Assembly: GCA_964016885.1 (NCBI GenBank)
Contig: OZ024740.1
Span: 373,364,001-373,428,000, forward strand
Length of the DNA stretch: 64,000 nt
Direction of reading: 5' to 3'
From: Eledone cirrhosa
Taxonomy: Eukaryota
The translations under genes and the position numbers were made by a program. Below, piece after piece: positions 1 through 11,830 of this stretch (positions within the stretch are counted from its first letter, which is position 1; every line of letters begins with the position of its first letter). Below the pieces are notes generated by a model, which was not told the DNA's origin, made no database searches, and saw only the letters and a program-made list of their open reading frames with translations.

Positions 1-794
1 AGGGCTGATACCCCCCCCCCCAAATCACACACTTTCCGAATAAGTTAGGGGACACCCTAGCTTACATATGTAGATGTATCTGTTTTCTTTTATTTTCCTC
101 ATTGTCTTCTACCCCTGTATCATCCTATCACTTCCTTCCACCCCTAATCTCATCCTCGTCTGCTTTTCCCCTTTCGCCTACTCCCATGCAGCCCATTGGG
201 CCTCTGTAGCATCAGTTTCCCAACCCCTGTAATTTTAAGATAGAATTGGCCGAATACGTTTTACTAACTACTTATAGCAAACGTGTTAAACCCCTTTAAT
301 TTTGTATCAGTTTTGGTACAACTCAATTTCTACAAGTTTTTTTCTATTTTCAACTTATTAAGCTGTAATTGTAAGATAGCATTGTGATTTATTTATTCAT
401 TTCTCACTATCTAATTGTATATATGTTTTATTTATTTCTATTATATTTTATTGTCTCCTACTCTCATTCGATTTACCTAATTCTATAACCTCCCTCCTCC
501 ACTTCGTACACTATCCTTAGAATCTGCTGTATACATATCTCTTTCAACGCTTGACCGCTCCACTCACTCCCCTATTGTTCTACAGGCAAGTTCACCCACA
601 CCTAGCTCCCACCAAATGATATGATAGACTTATATGTGTTTACAACAAATGTTAACCAATCCTCTTGACAACTACAATCTTCCCATATAAGGAAGTACCC
701 CCTTGACATGTTCGGCTATTGATTCACCAGGCTAAACATTCTAATTTAGTCCAGAAATAGCCGTTAAAACGGCTTGAGCGCTACCATCGGGGTA
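1..794 (+). mobile_element. 3' end (UTR/pseudo-LTR) of a probable Penelope-like element, ending in a decayed hammerhead motif just before a (TA)n tract
   Basis: Pyrimidine-rich UTR-like sequence. 696-794 folds as an HHR: stem I TACCCC/GGGGTA, stem II CGGCTATT/AATAGCCG, decayed cores CTTGACA and AAAAC. 752-792 is homologous to 9250-9290, and 1-45 resembles 39412-39460. Confidence 0.45.
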
Positions 795-805
795 ATACTT
801 TTTTC

Positions 806-817
806 TATATACATATA

Positions 818-863
<46 letters not shown>

Positions 864-879
864 TTATATATACATACAT

Positions 880-916
<37 letters not shown>

Positions 917-918
917 TA

Positions 919-983
<65 letters not shown>
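806..983. repeat. Compound (TA)n/(TACA)n/(CA)n/(CT)n microsatellite, representative of many in the window (e.g. 5000-5172, 8480-8555, 9385-9632, 11075-11147, 11632-11826, 36120-36547, 41116-41223, 54630-54770, 59381-59464, 62806-63100)
   Basis: Directly visible dinucleotide and tetranucleotide runs. They explain the YI/CV/HT-repeat ORFs in the ORF track. Confidence 0.97.
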
Positions 984-985
<2 letters not shown>

Positions 986-992
986 CTTGACA

Positions 993-2107
993 ATATGAGA
1001 GGTGAGTCAGATCGGATGGTATTTCACTGCAAGGGACGTGTTTCTCTCTTTGTAAACTGGGACAACAGACAAGGACAGGCAGTTTTCAGGAATATAGACA
1101 GCATCCACAGATTAGCAAGTGGTGATGCAATTTGGTTTCGACACACCTTCAAGACAAAAGCAGGAAACCTATCGGGGCTTACTGCCGAGTAGTGTTTAAT
1201 TTCGTTTATTGCCGCTAATATATCAAGGGTACCAAACACTATGTGCGATAGTGTGTTGGGGATTAACATCACTGATACAGCCCAAATCGGTCATATCAGG
1301 ATTGCTGAAATTAGATTAGTACTGTTTCTGAATTATCTCACCCACGGATTTGGCATTATCTTGGAGAGTGTCATTTTCATCAATTAGAGGGTCAACAGTG
1401 GAGGTAGTGACGTTGTGTATTTTTGTCAATGAACAGAATAATTTGGGGCTAAGTTTGATTTTACAATGGCCCAATTCTCCACAGCTGTTCTTTGGTGATT
1501 GATGATGGTCTTAATGCATTGTTGGAGGTTATATTTTTGTATTTGACCATTGGAATAGCCATCGAATTTGTGTGTTGCTGTTGGCAGTATTTTAGTTTGT
1601 TAAGGTTTTTTGTTTGTTCTTTTTACTTTTCTGATAATAGTTTTTTTTTCCCTATTTTGGGGGATTCTGCATTTAGCTTTGTTCACAGGTTTTGGTGGGG
1701 TGTGTTGTGTATATATGTTTGTACAGTGTCTACAAAGATTTGGCAATATGTGTTGATATTGGTGGAAATGTGTGCGTGTATAAAAGACCAGTCAATATGT
1801 GATAGCTCGTTCATGATTGTATCCTAGTTGACATTATAGAGATCCATATGATCAAATGGACGGACAGGATAGAGGTAACAAGGTATCTCAGGTTACAGAG
1901 AACCATGTCATGGTCTCAATGAAGGGTTTCTTCCACTGTAATATTATGTATAGCGTTAGTGTAATTCCTAAACACTAGGTTCAAAATGTTATGCTGATAT
2001 ATTGTTGGTGCAAGGACACTTTGGGACAAGAACATCTTATTCATAAAGTCGAGAATTGATTCTACTGCTTCTTTGTCAGCGGTTGAGGTGGGAGTGTCTG
2101 CTTTCAA
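993..2107 (-). mobile_element. Degraded CR1-group (CR1/L2/Crack-like) LINE ORF2 fragment, from the end of the APE endonuclease to the start of RT
   Basis: Minus-strand peptides QSVLAPTI..HNILNLVF (cf. QxVxEPTR..NILDLVF), AVSPDRFPAFVLKVCRNQIASPLANLW (cf. GPDGFPAILLK..LAxPL..LW) and KYHPI*LTSHI (cf. NYRPISLTS). Stops and frameshifts present. Confidence 0.75.
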
Positions 2108-2144
2108 ACTGTTTGTAGACCAATCAACGCAGGGTAGATTAACG

Positions 2145-2190
<46 letters not shown>

Positions 2191-3032
2191 GATTGCGTGT
2201 GCGTGTGTGTGTACATACATATGACCTCGTGTTAATTGTATTTTTCTGAATAACATTCTATCGAATATATATATGCATATATATAGAGTGATATGTGTGC
2301 GTGTGTGCGCGTGTATGTATGTACGTGTGTGTGTGCATGTGTGAGAGTGTGTGTGTGTGTACATGCGTGTATTTCATTTTTTTTTTACTGAATAATAAAT
2401 TATTTAACCACTGACCATTGATACCTGGAAATCATGAAGCTCCTTTCGCACACCTTCTACATATATGTGACACAATCCGATTTATTACGTAGTTTTTACT
2501 ATCTTATCCTTCTTAACTATTATACCATTGATGCTTCCCACCTCTTCGATATCTCGCTGATGGAGTATGTGTGTCAATATATTCCATTTTATTATGAGAG
2601 GTTATTCGTTTTATTCCTCTTAATATCATTTATTTATGATGAAGCTCTCTTCCATATCGATGAATTCTTACTAATTGTTTAGTAATCTAAAATACTCCTC
2701 TCTTATAACACTTTCCTAAAAGAAGAAACCATTCTTGCCTTACCACACAAAGGTTTAGTCTCCACAATAGATTGTAGAACTAAATATATTTTATTCTATT
2801 CATTTTATTTATCGGGACATATGTTAAATCAATTTCTGTACAAATTTGAACATCCGCAAGTTCATTAGATACAGAGATAATACTCTAAATACTTGGCAAT
2901 GCTGACGAAAACTTGTCCCTAGGTGATTAGAGAAGTGAGTGTATATTGAAGGAGACATGGTTGTTATTTATAGCAAGTTACCGTCAATGTAGAATCTCCC
3001 CATTGAACATATTTAGAGTAACATGTATGTTT

Positions 3033-3416
3033 AATAATTGTTTCTATTTTTGGCACAAGGCCAGCAATTATCACAGTGCATTACTGGTGCTTTATTTTAT
3101 CGAACCCGAAAGGATGAAAAGCAAAGTTAACCTGAGCGAGATTTGAACTTAGACCATACAGGGCCGTAACTCTATGCTGCTATGCATGGCATCTAACACT
3201 CTAACAATACTGGCAACTCACCGCCCTTGTGTATGTTAAATAATTGTTTCTACTTTTGGCACAAGGCCAGCAATAACCCAGTGCATTACTGGTACTTTAT
3301 TTTATCGACGACGTAAGGATGAAAGGCAAAATCAACCTCGGCGGGATTTGAATTCAGATCGTTAACGGACATAACTATGCTGGAAAGCATGGCGTCCGAC
3401 CCACTACCGATCCTGC
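3033..3416 (-). mobile_element. Two adjacent copies of a tRNA-derived SINE (about 3033-3227 and 3238-3416)
   Basis: Both match the 190-bp consensus seen at 21785 and 52602. TGTATGTT(T/A)AATAATT flanks the first copy as a probable TSD. Confidence 0.9.
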
Positions 3417-3498
3417 GAGAGCAGTTATACTTACATCTATGATTGTGTTAGACATGTACCCTAATTTCATTCGGGGAACATTAATACGAAACGGTTCC

Positions 3499-3530
<32 letters not shown>

Positions 3531-3561
3531 TCACACACAAACACGCACACACACATACACG

Positions 3562-3608
<47 letters not shown>

Positions 3609-3663
3609 GAATGTGTGGATATGACTTTTTAACATTGGTAGATATAATTTAGTTGTAGAAGTG

Positions 3664-4860
3664 TCATTTCAATAAGTATCCTCCACGAACAATATTTGCT
3701 GTTCGTCTGTGGGACCAGGCCGACAGGATGGAGAATGCATTGCCCCGGACAACGACGAGGGAGACGCGCTGAAACGGCCACTCCATCTCATAGGCATGCA
3801 CATGCCGCCCGCATGTGCAAGCCCGATAGAATTGAGTAGCGATGTGGTCCGGGGGCCAAGAACGCCGGAAGTCTCCACCAAAAACATATCCGGCAGAGGC
3901 CAATACATGGACAGTTTGCCCACTTCCGCAAGGCGGGCAGCAGAGTCTGGGCTGTTGGCCGAATACACCACGTTGTCACTTGAATAGGAGTCATGCTGCC
4001 TGACAGTTTGCACTCTGGCTGGGCCTCAGGGACACAGCAATGCGCCAAAGTTTGCTCTCTAGATGAGTGCCAGTCGTGATTGAGGGAACTGCGTTCAGCA
4101 AGGACCACTTTGGGTTTGGGAGGCTGAGCCAAAACATGCCAGCCGATAGTGGTTAAACTGGCACCCTAGCCCGTCTAGATAAGTTGAACTTTTACTAACG
4201 GGAGTGTGGGATATACGTTGACAGATTGGAGGCTCAGCTGGTTCCATACCGTATAGGCTGCCTCACGTTCCACGATCACAGAAAGTTCGGTTGTGTTAAA
4301 GAGAACCCTGTTGATGAAGATATGGCAAGAGGTCACCGACTGAAGAGGAGCAGGCAGGGCAAGTTGGAAAGGAGACTGAAGATCGAGGTCGCAACATTTG
4401 AGGTATAAGGTGGCCTGATGCATTCCAGTGTTGGATGCAAGTGTTGATATTTGCGAAGAGACATGCGGAAGGTTTATAAGAGATTCGGTATGGCAAAGCA
4501 GTTCTGCCAAAGAAAGAGTACGATGGACGTCAGTCAGGCTCAGCCCACTCTTCTAACTGGCAATATCAGAACCTAGGGCTTGATCAAATGACAGGAGGGA
4601 GGATTGGTGACACGAAGATATGGACCAGTCCCTTGAGGTAAACTTCAGCTGAAGTAGTGATGATCGAACGTCCAGTTCAGAACGCCTCGAAGGTCTCTGC
4701 GTCGTATTTGACTTTAATCTCCTCCAACTTGATGAATTGATCTCGAGACCGCTACTCGCCAGAATGAGAATGGCAGATTGCAGGTGCTGTCAGTCGGTAT
4801 CTCTGAGGGCCCGCTTATCGTGTCATCATCCAGGAACGAGACGTTGATGATTTCACCGAA
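3664..4860 (-). mobile_element. Degraded CRE-clade non-LTR retrotransposon (RT to restriction-like endonuclease), internally deleted
   Basis: Minus-strand FLDDDTISG (cf. YLDDGTLGG), NCFAIPNLL, QLALPA, SAARLAEVGKLSMY..FLVETSGVLGP (cf. AA..AE..K..KY..FAVETLGPWG) and WPFQRVSLVVVRGNAFSIL (cf. LFQRLSLAVQRGNAASIL). Confidence 0.72.
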
Positions 4861-4998
4861 ATGAGACAGTGATATGATATTAAAAATACTTCCTTTGCGC
4901 ATAAATTGTGTAACCACTATAATCAATGAATTATCTTACATATTTAAATGTAGTCCCTTTCTTATCCCAACGAACACCTCTCCCCTCCCCCTCTATGC

Positions 4999-5033
<35 letters not shown>

Positions 5034-5035
5034 GC

Positions 5036-5066
<31 letters not shown>

Positions 5067-5095
5067 AGAGAGAGAATGTTGCTGAATAGATACAA

Positions 5096-5175
<80 letters not shown>

Positions 5176-5259
5176 GAATTAATCGGAATCTCGAGGACTG
5201 TTTGTGTAAACGCATACATATTTAAATACCTAAATATGAAAATATGTCTTAATTACGTA

Positions 5260-5424
5260 TCATTCCGGAAGCGAAATAGGAAAAAGAGAATTCATTTCGT
5301 GTTTACATATATAAACGTGTGTTTGCTGATAGCTTCTGTTAAAACATGTTGACTTTTTGAACAGATATGAACTATACATCAACTGTTTAATGCATTCATT
5401 GTAAAATGATGAACCCAAATAATT
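5260..5424 (-). CDS. Candidate exon 4 of an unidentified host gene or pseudogene (NYLGSSFYNECIKQLMYSSYLFKK...)
   Basis: Acceptor tttacag| in phase 0, matching the upstream candidate exon. Open frame to TGA at 5260, or to a donor GTAAAC after 5307. Confidence 0.3.
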   Translation of the reverse strand, partial: NYLGSSFYNECIKQLMYSSYLFKKSTCFNRSYQQTHVYICKHEMNSLFPISLPE

Positions 5425-5492
5425 CTGTAAATACTCAGTTCGCAATGGATATTTCATAATAATATTTAATGAAATTTGTTTCTGATAAGTAT

Positions 5493-5650
5493 GCGGTAGA
5501 TTGGCAGTATATGTAGAGTGTCGGGCACCATGCTGCGCAGCGTATAGTTACGTCAGTACAAATCCCGCCGAGGTTAGCTTTGCCTTTCCTCCTTACTTTC
5601 CCCTCCTCCATATTGCTAGCCTCGTTCCAATAGTAGAAACTATTATTATT
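5493..5650 (+). mobile_element. Degenerate SINE copy
   Basis: GGCAGTATATGTAG head, AAATCCCGCCGAGGTTAGCTTTGCCTTTC core and GTAGAAACTATTATT tail. Confidence 0.8.
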
Positions 5651-5726
5651 AATAATTATTATAATTATTCTGGTATACCGTGTGTTTTCAAAATACAATA
5701 GTATAAAATCATTTTGGTATTTGTAC

Positions 5727-5871
5727 CTTGAGAGCATTTTCTATTATGCTTGTGTTTTTGCCTTGTAATTCAGCCTTAATCAATATTTCTAAATATCATT
5801 CGCTTCACCACAAATATTTCGCTTTACCAAGTATTCAAAGAAAAATTCAATAGCACTCTCAGTAACAATGG
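5727..5871 (-). CDS. Candidate exon 3 (IVTESAIEFFFEYLVKRNICGEANDI[L]EILIKAELQGKNTSIIENALK), requiring one extra base at 5791-5793
   Basis: Acceptor gcttatatag| and donor AAG|GTACAA. Reads through if the A3 run at 5791-5793 is A4. Confidence 0.35.
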
Positions 5872-6321
5872 CTATATAAGCACAAAAGATTGACATCCGT
5901 TTGAGAAGACAAAATATTATTACTAATCATAATTGTTTATCAAAAATATTGTGAAGTAAGCTTAAAGAGAATAATATAAGTCAAATACTAACTGATTTAA
6001 TATATAATTGTCATGACTATATACGCAAAGTAGCTTCCCCACCAATATAAAGTTTCTGTTATAAAAAATAAAAAACAAAAAACAAAGAAAAGAAATAATA
6101 TATCATTAACCAAAATAAAAGAAAAAGTGATACAATATATAATAATAATATTTGTAATATGTCCGATGAAACAATACTGAACCTATGCTCACTAAGCTTT
6201 ACATTCAATTATATATACTCAAATTTAATGATGCTGAAAGAGTTTATTCCATTTAGATTTATTTGCTATATATTAAAAATATTTCTATGAAACAAAAGGT
6301 ATTCTACTGTCTAAAAGTTAC

Positions 6322-6417
6322 CTCTTTTATTTGAAATAGTTGTGTCACATGACGCAATAACAAAATCAATTTTTTTTTTATGGCCATAAGGTTTGCATGT
6401 ACACTAGCTGCATTTAT
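6322..6417 (-). CDS. Candidate exon 2 (INAASVHANLMAIKKK...)
   Basis: Strong acceptor cttttattttcag| and donor GAG|GTAACT. 96 nt, open, and contains a 10-nt homopolymer. Confidence 0.45.
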
Positions 6418-6844
6418 CTGAAAATAAAAGCGCCAGGAGTATATTTTAGTATACCACTATTTCCAATAATAGCATCACATTTATTATATCAGCGCTAACT
6501 AATTAATTATTATGCTGTTTTGATATCAACAATATTACTGATATCAATGTTTTTTGCTAGTAAAACGACGACACATTGCTAAATATTTTGATTTTAATAC
6601 AGCTAAGTGCATCTTGCAACAGAATATATAATTGTAACTAAAATATGAATAATAACTAAATGAAATTTTCTACCGTATCAAATTGTGACAAGATTCCTTT
6701 ACAGGTCTTTCTATTGAGTGACTTAAAATATGAGCTTTACTGATTATTTCAAATTGTAATCTACCTACGTGATTATAACAGTCATTTTGCAGTACATCTT
6801 TTATAATATTTTTATGACCTGATACAATCATTATTTCTGCTCAC

Positions 6845-6984
6845 ATCACTATACTCTTCTGGAAAGTAATCTAAGGTTTCTTGGCGGTAATTGAATTTGA
6901 TTCTCTCGATAGATTCAATCTTATTAACATTGATGTGCAGTCCATCTACTAATGCATAATATTTCTCTGATTTATGGTTGCTAA
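6845..6984 (-). CDS. Candidate exon 1 (SNHKSEKYYALVDGLHINVNKIESIERIKFNYRQETLDYFPEEYSD)
   Basis: Acceptor ttgttctag| and donor GAT|GTGAGC. 140 nt open frame with protein-like composition, ending in phase 0 compatible with 6322-6417. Confidence 0.4.
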
Positions 6985-7185
6985 CTAGAACAATTTATAT
7001 TGGTAACTAGAACAATTGAATATGTATTGGTTTCTATGATATTGATTGAGCATACGCAATCTGTATATTACATATGCCCACTTAACTGAGGACAATATAA
7101 ACGGACTGTTTCTTGTTAACGCAGATAAAGGACTTTACAAAATCCTTTATGTTGATATAAATTAATTGAGTAATATATGTTAGTT

Positions 7186-7312
7186 ATAATTGTCTCTACT
7201 TTAGGCACAAGGTTAACTTTGTCTTTCATCCTTACGGGGTCGATAAAATAAAGTACCAGTAATGCACTGGGCAATAGCTGGCCTTGTGCCAAAAGAAGAA
7301 ACAGTTATTATT
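7186..7312 (+). mobile_element. 5'-truncated SINE preceded by a short inverted copy of its own 3' end
   Basis: ATAATTGTCTCTACTTTAGGCACAAGG (reverse-orientation tail) is joined to forward TTAACTTTGTCTTTCATCC...GAAACAGTTAT. Confidence 0.8.
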
Positions 7313-8262
7313 ATAAAATCCGTTTTTACGGTGGCTATTAAAAAAAAAAAATCATGTGCGTGTCACGTGAAGATAAAATTAACAATGTGAATCAGATTCT
7401 CTAAAATTATATCTACCAATGTGTTTGAGCAATTTATTAACATCTGTGTTTCGCTTTTGGTTTATTTTTACATCGGCAAGACAAGGTTTTGCAGAATGTA
7501 AAATAAATAAATGATGTGTTTAATAACGTGTTTACTCCGACTTACATTATATACAGATTTAAATAAGAATATCAATGAAATACACCACCAAATGATGTTT
7601 ATCATGCGTAACGATTCAAAACCGGGGTAGTTTGACACATCAATAGCCAGCCTTCTTAATAGCAACTTTGAAATGTGATATGATAAATCTGCTGCATATT
7701 TACACTGATGCTTGTGTAATTACTAGAGACAAGCTACTTTAAATAGTAAATGTTAATTTGACGGTGTCATAGACATTGAACAGATTAATTTGTTTTGTGA
7801 TAAATACAAGCTATGCGTCCATAGCATTTAGATACAATCGATACGTTTTAACCAACATATAATATAATAGCTGTAAAATATATAGAGAAGCAACAATAAT
7901 TTATGATGTGGTTTACTGATTCAAAATCGACGTTGCGAGGAATTCTCTTTATGAATTGGCTACATTCCTTTCAGTACGACACGTGTCAGACTAGCCTTTA
8001 CTTACGGTTTATGTTTCAGCTTGAATAGTACATATATTTCGAATGTATTTTCGATAAGAATAGATATTAGTATAAAGAAGATTATGCAGTTTAGATTAAC
8101 AGATAATGAATTACTAAAACAGTAAAAATCGAATAGAATCGCTAATGTAAAATGCAATAGGAAAACTGACTGGAAAGGCTAATTATTTATTCGTAGTATA
8201 TTCCAAATTATAAAACTCGTATTCGAACATATTTAATTTTCTCATATTATTATTATTATTTA

Positions 8263-8372
8263 TAATTGTTTCTACTTTTGGCACAAGACGAGCAATTATC
8301 CAATATATTACTGGTACTTTATTTTATCGACCCCGTAAAGATGAAAGGCAAAGTTAACCTCGGCGGTATTGA
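8263..8372 (-). mobile_element. Truncated SINE copy
   Basis: Matches the 3' half of the SINE consensus. Confidence 0.85.
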
Positions 8373-8482
8373 TTATTCTTTATAATGACGCATATAAATA
8401 CACACACAAACACACACACACGCGCATATATATATATATATGCGGGTGTGTGTGTGTGTTTGTGTGTGTATTTACATATGTA

Positions 8483-8555
<73 letters not shown>

Positions 8556-8557
<2 letters not shown>

Positions 8558-9166
8558 TGGCTGCCAACTCGTTTTCGAGTACGGCCACTACTTTATATCC
8601 ATGCAGAAGAACCCCTACCGATGCGCTGAACGAATGTGACTTTTTAGTCCAGCCAGCGACTTGAAAACTCTGGTACAAACACTACACTTGTGACAATTAT
8701 TGACACATAGTGCTGGGCCCATGGTACCATGTGATGACAAGTGCAGAGAGATCTCCAGATATAAAGCAATGCCTGTGCCATGAAGTTTTTATAGTGAGCA
8801 AAGGCACTGCACAAAGCCAGTCCCACTCTCTTAACCAAGATGATATTTACCAAAAAGAAGAACAAGTCAACATCATTGGATACCATCAGGGTTGCAGGTA
8901 TTATATCAGAGTTTTCCTTCTCCTAGAATTCTGCCTTGAGAAAGGCTAAGGGGTCATCTCTCCCGGTGATTTTGGATGGCCATTGACTCTTAAGAGCTCC
9001 TTTGCCCTTTGACAGGTTTTGTTTTTAGTCCTGCAGGATGTCCAAAGTCAACCTCCTCACCAAGAAACCTTGGTGGGGTTGCCAGTTTAGTCGCCAACGA
9101 CCCGACCATGAGACAGGTTGTACTGGGATACATGTTACCAGTAGCACCAACTGGTGACCTGACCTT
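8556..9166 (-). mobile_element. 611-bp non-coding RTE-derived short element, copy 1 (RTE-like 5' UTR, 3' hairpin, (TA)n tail)
   Basis: Near-identical second copy at 10451-11061 with the same ends. The minus strand has CTAGGAGAAGGAAAACTCTGATATAA, a motif I recall from RTE 5' UTRs. Terminal hairpin GTGGCTG..CTCG/CGAG..CGGCCAC. Confidence 0.6.
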
Positions 9167-9178
9167 ATATATACATAC

Positions 9179-9306
9179 ATAGGAACGAGTAGAACCCCGA
9201 CGGCTGAGCTCAAGCCGTTTCGGCGGCTAATTCTGGACGGAATTCTGGGCAGAATTAGCCGTCGAAACGGCTTGAGCTCAGCCGTCGGCGTCCTACTCGT
9301 TCTTAT
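9179..9306. repeat. Near-perfect 128-bp fold-back made of the 3' half of a hammerhead motif
   Basis: Arms of about 58 bp. Right arm reads GACGG..CCGTC GAAA CGGCT-TGAGCTC-AGCCG TC (stem II, GAAA, 6-bp stem III, GUC). Confidence 0.85.
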
Positions 9307-9443
9307 TAGACACTCTACTACCCTAAGTATTGAGTACTTTGGTGCGTTATGGTCCACCTGGTTCCTTACCACATTTCCTTCGTTATATATATATATATGT
9401 ATTATGTATGTACATATATATAATTTAGGTATATATACGTATG

Positions 9444-9474
<31 letters not shown>

Positions 9475-9488
9475 GTATATATATATAC

Positions 9489-9575
<87 letters not shown>

Positions 9576-9595
9576 TGTATATATGTATAGATATA

Positions 9596-9634
<39 letters not shown>

Positions 9635-9723
9635 TCGTATAAAAATGTAAGTCCAAAGAATCATTAGATAAACTATATACACCATTTCCTCTCCCAATCA
9701 GTATACATTATATATATATACAT

Positions 9724-9913
9724 GGCGGTGGATTGGCAGTATCAGTAGATGGTGGGACATCATGCTTTGCAGCAAAAAGTTACGGCTCTTTATGATCTGA
9801 GTTCAAATCCCGCCGAGGTTAACTTTGCTTTTCATCCATACGAGGTCGATAAAATAAAGTAGCAGTAATGTACTGGGTATTTGCTGGCCTTGTGCCAAAA
9901 GTAGAAACAGTTA
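9724..9913 (+). mobile_element. Full-length tRNA-derived SINE
   Basis: A-box-like TGGCAGTATCAGTAG and B box GAGTTCAAATCC. Confidence 0.92.
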
Positions 9914-10061
9914 TATATATATATATATATATACAGATAAATCTACCAATCAATGGTAGAGTCTAAACCGTATGAAGTACCCAATCTAATCCGTATGTAG
10001 ATGTCGTGAAGCGAAGTTTAAAATACAAAATGTTCATTGGATACAGCGTCAAAATAGAAAC

Positions 10062-10430
10062 ATTAAAACAATGAAGTTAAACACAAAACGGTTTTATTCA
10101 TAGTAAAACTCATTATTTTCGATCGTTTCTTCGGGGTTAGTTTCCCGTATGTCCATTCAATTATTGATCTATCTGAGATATTACAAAATATCATAGTATG
10201 AAAAAATACATACGTTTACACTACCCGCCGTCTTCAGAAAAAGTGATTTCTGAAGACGGCGGGTAGTGAAAACGTATGTATTTTTTCTTACTATGATATA
10301 TTGTAATATTTTATATAGATCAATAATTCAATGCAAATACGGGGAACTACCCCCCCCCCCCATAAACGATCGTAAAATAATGAGTTTTATTATGAATTAA
10401 CCGTTTTTTGTTTAATTTCATTCTTTTAAT
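10062..10430. repeat. About 370-bp fold-back (arms about 180 bp) centred just 5' of a CTGAAGA...GAAA hammerhead-like core
   Basis: Example of the arm pairing: CACTACCCGCCGTCTTCAGAAA / TTTCTGAAGACGGCGGGTAGTG. CTGAAGA lies at 10250-10256. Confidence 0.9.
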
Positions 10431-10450
10431 ATTGATATATATATATATAT

Positions 10451-11061
10451 GGTGGCTGCCAACTCGTTTTCGAGTACGGCCACTACTTTATATCCATGTA
10501 GGAGAACCCCCACCGATGCGCTGAACGAGTGTGACTTCTTAGTCCAGCCAGCGACTTGAAAACTCTGGTACAAAGACTACACTTGTGACAATTATTGACA
10601 CATAGTGCTGGGCCCATGGTACCATATGACGACAAGTGCAGAGAGATCTCCAGATATAAAGCAATGCCTGTGCCGTGAAGCTTTTATAGTGAGCAAAGGC
10701 ACTGCACAAAGCCAGTCCCACTCTCTTAACCAAGATGATATTTACCAAAAAGAAGAACAAGTCAACATCATTGCATACCATCAGAGTTGCAGGTGTTATA
10801 TCAGAGTTTTCCTTCTCCTAGAAGTCTGCCTTGACAAAGGCTAAGGGGTCATCTCTCCCGGTGATTTTGGATGGCCATTGACTCTTAAGAGCTCCTTTGC
10901 CCTTTGACAGGTTTTGTTTTTTATTCTTGCAGGATGTCCAAAGTCACCCTCCTCACCAAGAAACCTTGGTGGGGTTGCCAGTTTAGTCGCCAACGACTCG
11001 ACCATGAGTCAGGTTGTACTGGGATACATGTTAACAGTTGCACCAACTGGTGACCTGACAT
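10451..11061 (-). mobile_element. 611-bp RTE-derived short element, copy 2
   Basis: Colinear with 8556-9166 apart from scattered substitutions. (TA)n on both sides. Confidence 0.6.
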
Positions 11062-11069
11062 ACTATATA

Positions 11070-11150
<81 letters not shown>

Positions 11151-11224
11151 TGGCGTGCTTAAAGCGTCCGTAAGCGGTAGGCCGTTTGAGCACTCGATGC
11201 TCTTCTAGAGCAGAGTATCATATC

Positions 11225-11629
11225 ACATAAGAAACGGAGAATCAGTGGTGCGACGAATAAAATGTATTAGACATATTAGAATCGTTTATTTGGCGACCAG
11301 CTCGAGGCACGATCGATGCAGTGATAGAACCTGACTCTGAAATCGCAAGATCCTCAGATACGTCACGTTTCTACGAAGCAGAGTTTCCAAATGTCCAGTT
11401 ACACCCGCGGCAGCTTAAAAAGCTTTTAAAATGCCGAGTGAAGGGCGCGGGTGTAACTGGACATTTGGAAACTTTGGTTCGTAGAAACGTGACGTATCGG
11501 ATGATCTTGCTATTTCAGAGTCAGGTTCTATCACTGCATAGATCGTGCCTCGAGCTGGTCGCCAGAGAAACGATTGTAATATGTTAAATAAATGTTATTC
11601 GTCGCACCACTGATTCTCCGTTTCTTATG

Positions 11630-11630
<1 letters not shown>
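11225..11630. repeat. About 405-bp fold-back (arms 11225-11409 and 11446-11630), each arm carrying a differently damaged hammerhead
   Basis: Arms are reverse complements by eye. Right arm 11491-11585: stem I GACGTAT/ATATGTT, core CGGATGA, stem II TCTTGC/GCCAGA, GAAA, stem III AC..GT, GUA. Left arm (minus strand) has intact CTGAGGA but TAAA. Confidence 0.9.
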
Positions 11631-11683
<53 letters not shown>

Positions 11684-11687
11684 TTGT

Positions 11688-11726
<39 letters not shown>

Positions 11727-11760
11727 TGCGTGCGTGCGTGTGTGTGTGCGTGTGTGTGTA

Positions 11761-11830
<70 letters not shown>

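Noticed and set aside
8710-8949. Plus-strand ORF LGPWYHVMT...SKGTAQ faintly resembling a piggyBac transposase
   Set aside because: No catalytic motifs, TIRs or TTAA. The minus strand fits an RTE-type 5' UTR better.
9179-9306. A/G differences between hairpin arms as an imprint of A-to-I editing
   Set aside because: Too few sites, in both directions, and equally explained by ordinary transitions.
9724-9830. tRNA-like A and B boxes
   Set aside because: SINE head with no complete cloverleaf, part of a dispersed 190-bp repeat.
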